Numbered from the stretch's first letter, positions 39,774-53,364 are shown. The stretch: DNA of 64,000 nucleotides from Octopus vulgaris (GCA_951406725.2 OX597820.1:90148001-90212000), one strand, 5' to 3'. Notes: generated from the sequence alone by a model not told the origin. Translations and numbers: made by a program.

Positions 39774-42766
39774 AATATTAAGAAATTAAATATTAAGAAA
39801 TATTATGATGAGAATATGACATATAGTAAAGAATAAAGGAGGGATTGAAGAAAATAAACAAGAACGGTAGAGTGAACGTTAGAGCAAGGCAGGAAAATCG
39901 AAAAATCTGAGTAAGTGAGAAAATGAAGATTTTAAAATAATGAGGAAAAATAGTTTGAGAAAATGATAAAAACGAGAAAAATACGAGTAAAAGCAAACGA
40001 AAAGTGGAACGAATAGAGAGAGAATAAGCAAAGAGGCACGCAGATGAAAAAAATTAGAGTGGAGACTCGAGAAATGAATGAAATGAGATAGAAATACAAC
40101 AAACACGACAAGAATAAACTGTGACAATACAGAAAAAAGATTAAAAAATAAAACCTATCTTACAGAAAGAATAAATTGATAATCAGGAGAAATGACATAA
40201 GAAGTAAAATAAATCACGAGTTAAATCAACATTATCTTTTTATGTAAGACCTCTTATAAGAAAGAGAAAAGTATAGGTGAGTAGTCTATTCCACACGTAT
40301 AATATAAAGTGATTTTACAAATAGGATATATTGAAAGGGTAACTCTTAAGAATAGCCAACCTTAATTTTCTATTGAAAATATATTTGAAAGAATTCAATT
40401 TCTTATTGATATTGTTCATAAAAACGCGACGCTTTTTTACATTTATCTTAACTATATATATTCATTACCAATTCGAATTGCCTTTCAGGTAATTCTGAAC
40501 TAATCATTTAGGTTCAAATGTTTAGAAGCATTTGTGACCTTATAACACCAAGAAAAACTTAAGCATATTCTGTGTAAAACTTCTTTAAAATTTTTATTTG
40601 TCCATATTGTTTTAAAAAGCAGAAGTTTGATCAGAAGTATAATGAAGTAGAAAAAAATAAAATGGCGTACATGCATAGAAACATAATAATTCGTACAAAC
40701 ATATATACACACAAAAATACGTATATACACACAATCACATACACACGTACGCATTTATGCAGGTACACATATAATCATACTTGCAAGTTTATATGTATCG
40801 TTGTGTATTTTATCACATGATTGATATATTGTGGAAAATATGAAAAAAGAACAGGAATGTCGCAGAAAATGAAATAGTTTCGGGAGAAATAATATAAGGA
40901 CAAACATTATACATTTACCTTAATACATTTAGGAATCTAATATTTTGTGAAAACATGCTTTTTTATCAGATAGAGAAGCGTGTAGAAAGACAGATAAGTT
41001 TGTATTGTTTCTACTGAGTTATTTTGATCAGCAAAATTTGAAAATTACTGAGAATGCAGATCACGTTTGAAATTCCTTCGTCAGGAAGCAATTATTCATA
41101 GGTAGGATATCCGCTATGCATTTGAGAAAAGAAAAGGTAGTCAAACGTAACGTTGAATGAGAGCCAGTAGAAGAACCCACACTTGCCAATCGGTTTTGCT
41201 CAAATTTTGTCGGTTGTTCAAGTCTCGTTAGGGATGTCTTATGTGAATAGTCCCCTTGATCCAAGAGGTACCGATTTTTTAGTGTAAGGTGCTTAGTGAT
41301 ACTTACTTTGAGAGCTTTAGAGACGTGTGCCAGTATCTGTAATGCTTTCAAGATGAGTATTACATAACTCTTTAACCGGGTTTTAGTTATTATAGCGAAT
41401 TATTACATAATTAACTTTTTGTAGAGCACTACTATCTCAAAGTTATCCTTTCTGATACCGTTATAACCCTCTAATTCTACTAGCATAATGTTTAGAATTA
41501 TCTACCATATATGTAACTATATACTTGGATTGAATCTACAAACTACAGAAGGTATTAATAGGAAATTACCGTTAAGAATAACACATAAAATATTTATTTT
41601 TGTATACCTTACATGATTCGATGACAAACATATTTGCTAATATTTTAGTGTTTAATTGTCCTACGTATTTTATCAGTCGTTGCAGTACAGTCAAGTATAT
41701 TCCGCCGTTGCGGGATCGATTATTGTAGTATAAATGCACTAAATGTTTTTCGTTGTTTTACAGTATTAAAAATACAGAGAGAAGATCATTGGCATACATT
41801 GCATGTATACTATAATTTGGTAGTTTATGATGGGAAGATACGATTATTGGTCTGGGGCAATGCTCTTGTCAGTTTGAAGCCTGGCTTTCAGCCCATAACA
41901 TTTTAATCATTCTTGTTTTTCTGTTTTGTATGATTCCCTTTAACTTAACTTAACCTTGCGAAACCTTACCAATAAAACAAGCATTTATGAATCAGTTTCA
42001 TCCTGGAACTCATGATGTTTGTTTTTATTATCAATAGCAGTATAATTCCAACATATTTGTTTTGTCACGTTCCTCGCAACAGAATTGATTAAATGTTGCT
42101 AGACTTCTGCTTATCATAAGTTTGGTCTCATAGAGTAAAAGTAAATTTTTCTCTTTGCTGTGAAGTGTCGTAATACTGACACGATCAGTTAGATTTAACG
42201 TGATATTTGTTAAGAAGCAGAAAGTAATACACGATTGTAATCCCTATAATTCCTTTGTATTGAAATAATTATTTAGAGGTTGACATGTACTTTCCGCACT
42301 CAAACGCAAACGCATTAACGTACTACGTGAGCACACAGACACAGACAAATACAAACACACAAACACACACGCACGCACACACACACAAACACAGACACAC
42401 ACACAAGTTATAATTAAGTCAAATTAGGTAGCGATATTCTGAATTCATTTAATATGCACGTTTATATTAGAAAATGCATGCATTACGTAAATCCTCCCCA
42501 ATTAAAAGATTTCAAAATATTATCACATCTTCTAAGATTCGGTGCCAGTACAGATTATTTGATCTGACTCAACTTGTGCGGATACTCTAGATTTCGAGTA
42601 GTTTTTTACATTTCACACGAGTTCAAAATTCTGGAACCGAGCACGGCTTCTTAGGAGAACACGAAATATTCATACCTATATATGTCTACAGAGACACATA
42701 CAAGAACCCACACACACATGCACTCACATATATAGCGTGTATGTATGAATATATATAAAATGTTTT

Positions 42767-43267
42767 TTCAGAATGAGTTATAAAACCAAGATTGTGAAGA
42801 TTTTAGAACTTTTATAAGTAGGTATTACAGCTGTTTCCAGGACATTTAGTATATACCTCCATCGGATACGGTATGAGAAAATGGTTAAACAATAGTTAAT
42901 TTAGATAACATACGAAATAGAGAGTGAAGTGGAGGAATGAAAATAGATGTGAGATATGCAACGATATTTCATTTGTAGATCCATAATTTAGGCAGAATGG
43001 TATACATATGATATTCCAATACCTTGTGAGTAAAATCCAATAGTATCTAAAATTGGTCATTCCACGTATAAAGTTTGTACACAGTGCTATTGAATCAAGG
43101 CTTTTATTTAAAGTGACCTAAAAGTAGGTATAAATTAACTATTGCTTAACCATTTTCTCACACCGTCTCCGATGAAGGGATATAATAAATACCCTGGAAA
43201 CAGCTGTAAGACCTATTTATAAATGTTCAAAAATCTTCACAGTCTTGGTTTTTTATCTCATTCTGAA
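42767..43267. mobile_element. Penelope-type element with about 137-bp inverted hammerhead-bearing terminal repeats
   Basis: 42767-42903 is an imperfect reverse complement of 43131-43267; each arm holds a hammerhead motif. Confidence 0.85.
43165..43212 (+). ncRNA. Minimal type I hammerhead ribozyme (U4C variant)
   Basis: gtct-CCGATGA-aggg..ccctg-GAAA-cagctG-TA^agac with palindromic stem III ACAGCTGT. A mirror copy lies on the minus strand at 42822-42869 (A9 to G). Confidence 0.8.
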
Positions 43268-43429
43268 TTTTTGTTTTATATATATATATATGCACACGCT
43301 GCATATGACCTACGTTGGACTCCTTATTCGCATAATCACCAAATGTGGAGCTTAACTACGGTCTGTCCATAGCACTTACTCAGCAACCTGACACCTTTGG
43401 GTCTTACTCACACCATTAAATCTCCTAAC

Positions 43430-43509
<80 letters not shown>

Positions 43510-44054
43510 AAATATTAGAGAGTCAACTTTGAATATGTTAACTCTAGTGCTAGAAATAGGTCCGATCGGTAAAAGTCGCCGACGATAAATCCACATAGAA
43601 ATAGCACCACAATCAACGCTATGAAATTAAATTACTACTAAATAATGGATTAATGTTGTACAATTGTTTCTTCATTAACAAAATGCAGATTATACTTACA
43701 TAATTGTCTATGATTCATCAGCAACATTTGTCAATATAATTGATCAGACCCTTACAAGCGACGATTCTCATATGGTCCGATCAATTACATTCTGTTGTAG
43801 TTACAAATTTCCCGCCGAAAGTAAATGCTAAGTGGAAGTGAATACCGCATGTAATATTTACTGCAGCATATCAAATCAATACATTAAATAATGTGAATTA
43901 ATATCTATAATTTTATTCACCCTCATTATTTAATTTATATATATATATATATATATATAGTCACTATGAGGATATCTAATCTCTTATAGGGATATTTTTT
44001 ATGAAAGATACTCTGATTTAATATATTGTATTTTAAAGATATATATATCCTTCA

Positions 44055-44110
<56 letters not shown>

Positions 44111-44169
44111 ATAGATAATATGAGTAGCAATATTAATAACATCATATTAGAAATCAATATTCTCTGTCC

Positions 44170-44720
44170 ATGAACAACACCTCTCACTACTCCGTGGAGT
44201 GCAAATTATCGAACTGCCCCATCAATAACGTTGAATTGTGCTAGAGGATCTATGTTTTATACGAGATCATCTGTGGCAAATGTGGCGTATCCTACATAGG
44301 GACCACAATAAGAACATTGCATATACGCATTAAGGAACACATACATGCAGACACTTCCGTGAAGAAACATATATAGACCCAGGAATTCACAGTGCACTTC
44401 AAGGCAACATAGCGGAACAGGGGCAACCTAAGAATATCATAGGCTATCCTCATACACCAAAAGAAACCTAAGATCATCAAATTGAGAAAGTTACAGGAAG
44501 CTAGCAGGTTGCTATAGAAACACCTTTCCGCACATATCTACTACACACACGCCCGTCGGCCGCATTCCTTAATTTCTTGAAAACGGGGTCACCACACCGA
44601 AATATTGAATACAATGTAAGTCTACGTTAATTCACATATTTGTTTTCTTGTGAGTTGCCTTGCATTTACTTGTCCATGCCTTACCCACGATCCTCTATAC
44701 AATGTATTCTACACAATGTT
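44170..44720 (+). mobile_element. Penelope-like element 3' relic: GIY-YIG endonuclease plus downstream decayed hammerhead
   Basis: The frame from about 44170 reads ECKLSNCPINNVELC*RIYVLYEIICGKCGVSYIGTTIRTLHIRIKEH..AILIHQKKPK, stop at 44517, with internal stops. It is followed by TTGAAAA-cgg..cc-GAAA-tattg aata caatG-TA at 44577-44618. Confidence 0.88.
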
Positions 44721-45425
44721 TTATAGTAATTATTTCATATATATGTATTATCTCTCTCTCTCTCTCTCAATGTATGTATATATATATATATATTGATATA
44801 TGTTTTTATATCTAAACGTATATGTACTTTTAAATTTGGTTACGTAAATATCAAATATATGTATAATCATACCTGTGTGAATGTAGTAATACACCGATTG
44901 TATAAATGTCCACACACACATACACGCGCGCGCACACACACACACACATATATGTATTTATAAATATATATATATATATATATATATTTGTGTGTGTGTA
45001 TATGTATATATATATATATATATTTGTATATGTATATATGTATGTAGATATATACACAACAACAGAGAGATTTGAGAAGGAGTGGAAAGACAATAGGTAT
45101 AGAACAATAGCAAGCCAATTAAGTAATCTTTGTTCATGTCAATTGTCAACTCGGATTTCTTTATAAAATAATAATGAAGAGGTCATTGTAGAAATATAAA
45201 TTATATACATATTTGACTTACGCCTCATTTTATACATATAGAGAAAGAAAATCACATATAATACTATAACATATGTGTCTAGAACCATGGCTATAATTAT
45301 GAGACTCTAGTACGAATAGATTGGTTGCAGAAAATAATATCTGATTTGCATACATAGATATAAAGTACATACATATATAAATATATATAGACATTCATAC
45401 ATATATATACATACATACGTACATA

Positions 45426-46135
45426 CACCTAACTGTCTGGATGTTTTGCATTCTTGTCTCATTGTTCTTTATATTCTTTCATTCTGTCCTTCTTTCTTTC
45501 AGCCCTTTCACACTTCGTTCATGCCACTCTTTTTTCTTTCGTTCCCCCTGTCTCACAGGGGCCTTCTCTTCATGCTCACTTTCCCTCTTTCACTTCACTG
45601 TGTCTGTTTCATTTTTCTCCCGCCTCTTCTTATTTCTTCTATCTCTCTGCCGCTACCTCTCTCTCTTTTCACCCCACGTGACCGGTGTTCGGCCAGACCT
45701 GACATTTCTTGGTTGGATTACTGTCCGTGCAACATCTATATTCCTTCCTGTGCTTGTTAAATCTTATGTCTCGGCCGTAAGGCTTTACTTTCACACGCGC
45801 CAGCTTAATCAATTCGTCCTTAGTCGAAAGACACCTGTTGTTTATATTTGTGTAACATTTCTGTTTTTTCTCCTCCTTGTTTCGTATATATTCGCTCTTT
45901 TCTTCCAAGGAACGTAATGCTCTTAGCTTATTTTTCCTTGGGCTTGGCCAGTTTGGAGCAATCTCGAGTATAACCAGCCTAAATTGCAAAGATAATCTGG
46001 AACTCCACTGAGGATAGAAATCTCCGAATGATCCGTCCTTGTTTCCCGTATATCATATGTCTGGATATTTCTATTCCTTTTTTGCTTCACCTAATTGTCT
46101 GGATGTTTTGCGTTCTTGTCCCATTTTTGTATTTT
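45426..46135 (+). mobile_element. Non-coding repeat with about 38-bp direct terminal repeats; second partial copy at 48055-48305
   Basis: cacctaa.tgtctggatgttttgc.ttcttgtc.catt at 45426 and 46088, with (TACA)n on both flanks. 45850-46130 aligns with 48055-48305. Confidence 0.75.
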
Positions 46136-46178
46136 CTTATACATACATACATAATGCATACATACATACATACATACA

Positions 46179-46211
<33 letters not shown>

Positions 46212-46324
46212 GCATAGCCATAGTTGTGTGGTTCCCAGTTCAGTCGAACTGCGTGCACTTTGTGACTTTTACTATAGCCTCGGATTGAACAAAGCCTTTT
46301 TAGTAGATTTGGTTACATACATAT

Positions 46325-46355
<31 letters not shown>

Positions 46356-46423
46356 CATGCATACGCGTGTGTGTCCGTGTGCGTCTATGTGTATGTATGA
46401 GTGCGCGCGTGCATCGCTGTGAG

Positions 46424-46481
46424 TGCATATACGCATTAAGGAACACATACATGCAGACACTTCCGTGAAGAAACATATATA
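46424..46481 (+). repeat. Exact 58-bp copy of 44318-44375 (GIY-YIG coding segment)
   Basis: tgcatatacgcattaaggaacacatacatgcagacacttccgtgaagaaacatatata at both sites. Confidence 0.92.
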
Positions 46482-46699
46482 ATCGAAAGTGCGGGATCGA
46501 TTAAATATATACCAGTTGCTTAAGCGACTTAATCCCTTTGTCTGTCCTCGTTCGTCTCCTCTATGTTTAGCCTCCTGTGGACAATAACAAAAAACAAATA
46601 AATATAAGCCAGTTAGAACAAAACAAAGCTAAGATAAAGGCGTTTCATTTGAGACAAGAGTTGAATTCGTAAATATTTGTGTGCGTGTGTGTGTGTGTA

Positions 46700-46908
46700 T
46701 TTTATTCCTTTACGTGATTCAGTCATTTGAATGCGTCCATGCTGGAGCACCGCTTTTTAGTCGAACAAATCAACCTCAGGACGTATTCTTTGTGGACCTG
46801 ATACTTATTCTATCGGGTGTTTTGGCGAACTGTTAAGCTACGGACGTAGACACACCAATATCGGCTGTCAAGCGATGGTTGGGGACAAATGCAGAGACGC
46901 TAATAGAT

Positions 46909-46982
<74 letters not shown>

Positions 46983-47120
46983 GATGGGCTTCTTTCAATT
47001 TCCGTCTACCAAATCCACTCATACGTCTTTAGTCGGCCTGAGGCTATAGTAGAAGACACTTGCCTACACACACACACACACATGCATTGGGACGGAGTCC
47101 GGAACCATGTGGTTCGGAAG
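46700..47120 (-). mobile_element. SINE family B with expanded internal CA/TA repeat
   Basis: cagtcatttgaatgcgtccatgctggagcaccgc..gaggctatagtagaagacacttgcc..ggaaccatgtggtt. Confidence 0.87.
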
Positions 47121-47998
47121 ATATATATATATATATATACACAGACAGATAGATATATATGCGAGTGAATGAATGAACGAATGGAAATGGCTCTCAGCAC
47201 ATATATTTGGGCTATTTACTGAGTAACAGTTTGAGTCAGCTACGCAAGCAAATCTAATTTTCTTGTAGATGAAAGTATGACTGCCGCTCAAACATTAGGA
47301 AACAGCTCATCACACTTTGTCAATGATAACTCAGCCATACTACTCCCCGCGATAATAATGTATTTTAGTGGTGAACGTTTAGTGCTTAAGTCTTAGGGTA
47401 GTAACAAATAGCTTTAGCGTTACAGTGAGTATTTAAGGTCCCTATTCAGCCACATTCGTGTGGATCTAGTGATAAACTAGCGACAAGTGACGAATAACAC
47501 TTGTGAACTTTGTCAGGCTGGTGAATATGCTACGACACTGAGTTGCAAGAAGGTGTTGTAGAGTGAGTGCAACCTGATAATCCCGATTATAGCACTGTAG
47601 ACCCGGCTATACTGTAAATAGTTCGTACAAAGATTACCGCTTCCCATTCTTACAAATTAATGACGTTTGTGTATAGCTGTCAAAATATCTACACTTCTAT
47701 CTACTCGTAATAGTCTAGAAGAGGTTAAACACATTCACCATGCCGTAAGCACTGTTGTCGCTGCCGCCTCGAATACCTGGTTTCGGTGACAAGACAACAT
47801 TAATATCCTCGATATTAATCTTTGAGGATTCTTTGATGTCTTGTCATTAAATTATCTCTTTAAAGGTGATACATTTTTGTCTATGATAATGAAATCATTT
47901 TGTTTTCTTGCCGAAACTTTAAGTAACATGGGGAGCGAAGACAACCTTTTACTCTCCCACAATCTCTCTCTCACTTTCTCTCTCTCTCTCTCTCTCTC

Positions 47999-48049
<51 letters not shown>

Positions 48050-48376
48050 ATATATATTTGTGTAAAATTCTCCATTTTTTTCCGTCCTGGTTTTTGTATA
48101 CATTCGCTGCTTTCTTCCAAGGAATCTAGTGCTCTTAGCTTAGTTTTTCCTTGGGGCTGGCCAGATTGGAGCAATCTCGAGTATATACAGACGAAATTAC
48201 AAAGATAATCTGCAACACAACTGAGGAAAGAAAACTCCGAATGACCCGTCCTTGTTTTCTTTGTATCGTTTATCTGGATGTTTTGCGTTCTCGTCCCATT
48301 TTGTACACACACACACACGCACATATATATATATATATAATATATATATTATTGCGGCGTACGTACAACTTATTCT

Positions 48377-48449
<73 letters not shown>

Positions 48450-48809
48450 GTAAATTAATATGTTACCATTATACAATAGTCAAGATAAAACTGAGTTTCA
48501 GATGCCTAAGTGGAAATCCACAACACCGGTTATCTGGCCATCTGAAAAACGCGATGAAAAATACCGTTATATAAAGGGAAATTACTGTGTTATAATTCCG
48601 CTACTTATATAAATTAAGATTAAATGTGCTAACACGTAAAACATGGCTACTCATACGCTCACATGTGCGCTTGCGGACCCACGTGTGTACTAATACGTCA
48701 CTATGAAAACGTACACATCTTCACTCGCATTTTTCGCCAAATGTAAACGCATATATATACAAACTCATACACATACATATATATATGCATATATACATAT
48801 ATATATACA

Positions 48810-49775
48810 CACGAAAGTCTGTTGACATGTTCTTAGCTTTAAGGGTATCTCGAAATGGTAGATCTGTTACATTTAGAGGGGAGACAGGACAACTATTTAG
48901 GAGAAAATATGCAAAAATCATTATGGTATACAATATACAACACATGATGGCAGCTCCTGCATTGGATTTTGTTAAAACTGAAGCAAGGGTGGTCATGAAG
49001 TTCCTCTTTTTCGAAGGCGAAGGAGCAGCGGATATCTCTGACGAGATGAAGGAATTCTTAAAGAGTGGCTATCCAACTTACTCCGCAGTAACACTCTGAA
49101 TGTTAAGGTTTCGGTGTGATGATTTCGAGGTCACAAATGAATAACGGCCAACTTCCGCACCCACAGAAGGTAGCGCTGTGAACGTCATGATTCTCAAGGA
49201 CCACCGGATTTCCTCCAAAGTCATAGCTAAAACTCTGCGCTTTCCTACGTAAGAGTTGGTCACATCATCCACAACGTTCTGGACATGAGAAAGCTTTCTG
49301 CAAATTAGGTGCTGAAATACCTGAACGTAGATCAGAATGACGGCATCAAAGACAGCCGGTTTGTAGTGGGAAAACTTGATTCTATGGCTCGTTTAGTCAC
49401 CGTGGTGTACTGTTTTTGTAGGACAATGCACCAGCAAACACTATACATAAAACTCTATGGGAAATCTGTAACCATGGCTCCGAATTGGTAGATCACCCAC
49501 CTTACTCTCCTAACCTGGCGTCCCCCCATGATCCCCTCTTTCCTCAATGGAAGAAATATTTCAAGGAAACTGTCACTCCGAAGTGATCGATGCTACAAAT
49601 GCCTGGCTGGAGGTCCAACCTTCTGAGTACTTTTTACGGAGCTTTGGAAAACTGAAGGGCCACTGCAATAACTGTGTGAATCTGAGAGTAGAATTTGTTG
49701 AATAAAATAAAAATGAACTTATCCTTGGTGTATTTTCCTTTACGCAAAGCCCAGAACAATACAGTACTCTTCGTG
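48810..49775 (+). mobile_element. Mariner transposon, internally deleted
   Basis: EARVVMKFLFFEG..ADISDEMKE N-terminus, DMRKLSA and HPPYSPNLA motifs; degenerate TIRs cacgaa.. and ..ttcgtg. Confidence 0.85.
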
Positions 49776-50289
49776 CATATATTTACACCACGCGCGCGCG
49801 CACACACACACAGAGGTTATAAAAGGTAGGTACAAATAGGGAGAGTAATATAAATTTCTGCTGAAGTTGAAATGGTTTTAAATACGGTTACTCAGTTTTA
49901 TGTAACTGATCATAATACATATGTGTGTACTGTGCACAATATGCAGGTATATAAGTGCTTATAAGCAATTTATAATCATTTACGAACAATATATATAAGC
50001 ATGCATACATATGTACATTCATACGTTCGTAAAAACGTGCTCCATATATATATATATATATATAACATACTGAGAAAAAGAAATCCTCTAAATGGTGTGC
50101 TAAATATTCAATTCACAGGTACGTCAGTTGAATACCATATAAATATTTGTATAATGGAATTATAATAATACATTAAATAGAGAGATACTATTGACAATCC
50201 AATAATTCATTTATCTTATAATATTACATGATATACTATGAATATAATATAACGTAATATTATACAACATAAACAATTATTAAAAACAC

Positions 50290-50480
50290 CCATAAAAAAA
50301 ACCAACAAATTGTTTCGACTTATATGCATTTTCTGATATATATACACAATAACTTTTCTCTTATATATATATAAGTCACTTCAGAGTCATGGTTTAAAGA
50401 TAAACAGAATTCAGACTGAAAGGACGGATGGATTACAAAAATTAGTTCAAATGTCTATGTATTATGAGCGTGAGCGTCAA
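50290..50480 (-). mobile_element. Penelope-type 3' relic with decayed hammerhead
   Basis: Minus strand: CTGAAGT-gacttatat..atataagtc-GAAA-caatttgtt, with a 9-bp stem II (50317-25 / 50369-77). Confidence 0.55.
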
Positions 50481-51194
50481 CTACTCAATCATACATAAAT
50501 TACAATTAAAAAACAACAAAAATAATCTAACTGATGATACAACCAAGTAAGTGCATTCCACAATCATCAAAGTTCACTTAATTACATCTCAAATCATACC
50601 AATCGAAATCCGTTCGTGTCCAAGAGAGTCCCTCGTCACCACAACATAGAACAATAAGGTAGGTGTGTGTGTATATATATGTATACAATTAAGCATCTAA
50701 GTCTTCCCATATGTATAACTGTAATAGAAAATATATAAACAATTACATCTTCAATAAAACTCTTCTATTTATTTAAATTAATTGATATAACAATTATTGT
50801 TAAAATTAACTAATGATAATCTTCTATATTTATTGTTTATCAGAGGGGTAATTCCGTAGTCGATATGAATAAAGATTTTCGTTGTTTACATAATTTATAG
50901 TTGGGAGAATTCCGTAATAAACATTAATATAAACTTAAGGCTGGAAATGCGATAACCAAAGAACCCCATAGATATATATATTTAGGCTATAGTACTGGAA
51001 ATCAAATTTGCTGATTTTTTAAGGGGCAACCGTATTTGAAATAAGTTCGAGTATTAATACGCACAGTTCACGCGTATTTATAGTAATACTAATACTAATT
51101 ATTTCTTCTACCGTTAATAACAATGATTATCATGAGAATATTCTTTTGAATGTTTTCAATATTTCCTTCTGGCAAGTAAAGAATATTTTACTCA

Positions 51195-51226
<32 letters not shown>

Positions 51227-51734
51227 CATACATATGCATACCATTCACACAGACAGACAGGTAGACAGACAAGCACACAGAAACACAGAGACTCACAGAT
51301 TCGCACACACACACACGCTCACGATCACACACACACACACACAAACAAACACATATACATACATGCAGATAGACCGACAGACTGGCACACAGAAAAACAG
51401 ACACACGCAAACACACGTTGACATACACATATACTCATTTTTAAAATTCAATATACTTCTACAACATTTAGCAGTTGATCTGTATCATAGGTAATGACTG
51501 AAAAAATTCTAAAATTAAGCATTTGGTATTTCCTATTGCTCTTCTTCTATATGTCACCTGATGTATATTTTAAATGCCGATATAACCCAAAAGCATTCAA
51601 CTGGATCACATGAGTTCTGCGTAATCTATGTATCACCTAAAGCAATAAGTGAGAAATACAAAACCCTGTGGATTACAAATAAGTACATCGAAAATTAGAT
51701 TTCAGGATATTTGAGGACAATTATCTCATATGTA

Positions 51735-52230
51735 TATTGCCAAACTAATGTGGGAGTGCAGAGAAATAGGACGAATGCTACTATGGATTAACTCCCAGAG
51801 GCGATCACCTCTAGCTAACTATATGACGCACAAATCTGCGCCGATAACAGTTTGAACGTTAGTTTGGCAATAAATATTAATATCCAGTACTGCTGCGGTA
51901 TCTCTCCTTTAGAGACATTTAGAAATTATGACATTTCTATTTTTGAAAATCAGCTGCTCCACATTAATGAGGGGCAAATACCCCAAAACCGGTCTGTGGG
52001 TGCCAACCCATCAAGGGGATGTTGATGACCTCCCCTGTTCTAAGGTATTATGGACGCAGATTTGTGCGTCATATATATATCTAGCTAGAGGAAATCGCCT
52101 CTAGGAACTAATCCACAGCGACATTTGTCCTATTTCTCTGGACTGCCAAGCTAATTTGGCAATAAGTATTAATACCCAGTGCTGCGCTGCTGCATCTATT
52201 CTTTAGAGAGATCTAGAAATTATAACACAC
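51735..52230 (+). mobile_element. Older retrozyme-like element (unit about 295 bp) with inverted arm and partial direct repeat
   Basis: 51735-51840 is inverted relative to 52055-52164, and 51860-51935 repeats directly at 52152-52228, around a central hammerhead. Confidence 0.82.
51959..51999 (+). ncRNA. Decayed minimal type I hammerhead ribozyme
   Basis: ccaca-TTAATGA-gggg caaata cccc-AAAA-ccg-GTC^tgtgg: perfect stems I and II and palindrome ACCGGT. The core is three transitions away from CTGATGA/GAAA. Confidence 0.8.
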
Positions 52231-52244
52231 CAGCACACACACAC

Positions 52245-52295
<51 letters not shown>

Positions 52296-52499
52296 AGCAA
52301 CAAGAATGACTCCGGTAATTTGGTACTATTGTTTCGCACTACAACATTTCATTAAAAGTTGTAATTATTACAGCAGATTTAAGATGTTGAGTGCTCTTCA
52401 GCCAAAAATATAGGTTTTCCAATAATACAAAAGCTTTTAAATCAGGTAGTAACATTTTAGAGAAGGTAGATATACAGATAAAGATATACATGTATATAA

Positions 52500-53229
52500 T
52501 ATAAGAAAACAGAGAAATAATTAAAAATTATTTATTAATTAAAACATAGGATATGATCTCTGACAGCTGTTTCGATTACAGACTTTTATAAATTAATTAT
52601 GGTAACTAAAAGCTTTTAAAAGTCGAATCTCCTCAGAGTTGGCTAAAGATATACAATTAGGTGTTTATATTCCTGCTTGTTGAGTATACGGCTCAGACCG
52701 TTAAATGATAAAATTTATATACAAAGAACCGGATATAAACCTTTCAAAGAGGAGGAACGTAGTATATTATAATAAAAGTAAGAAGAGAACAATATATCAT
52801 TCTAAGGTGTTAGATAAAAGAAATTGCGAAAGTAGGTATATGAGTATAATTGCAATATATTACAATATATTATGCACCAATACCAATGCTATAGATAAGC
52901 AGTGTGTAAATTAATATAGGTACATTGTTTTAGGTGTATTATAATATATAATATAATTAAATATTAGAGGTGAAAATGCAAATAGCCTAAAATAAAATAA
53001 CTTTATAGCGTAAGATATAGTATGTTATTGCGTAGTTAAGTGATAGTGTATTATGTAACTTGAAACATAAACAGAATGCAATACGGAGCAAATGTATATA
53101 TATATAATATTAGTAATTTTAAGTGAAAGGCATTCTAAAAGATTTGTTAGACTTAGTAAGTACCTAAGAAGTCAAGTAACTTAAGAGTTGGACGAACTTA
53201 ATTCTAGGGTTAATTACTATATATTATTA

Positions 53230-53296
<67 letters not shown>

Positions 53297-53297
53297 C

Positions 53298-53364
<67 letters not shown>

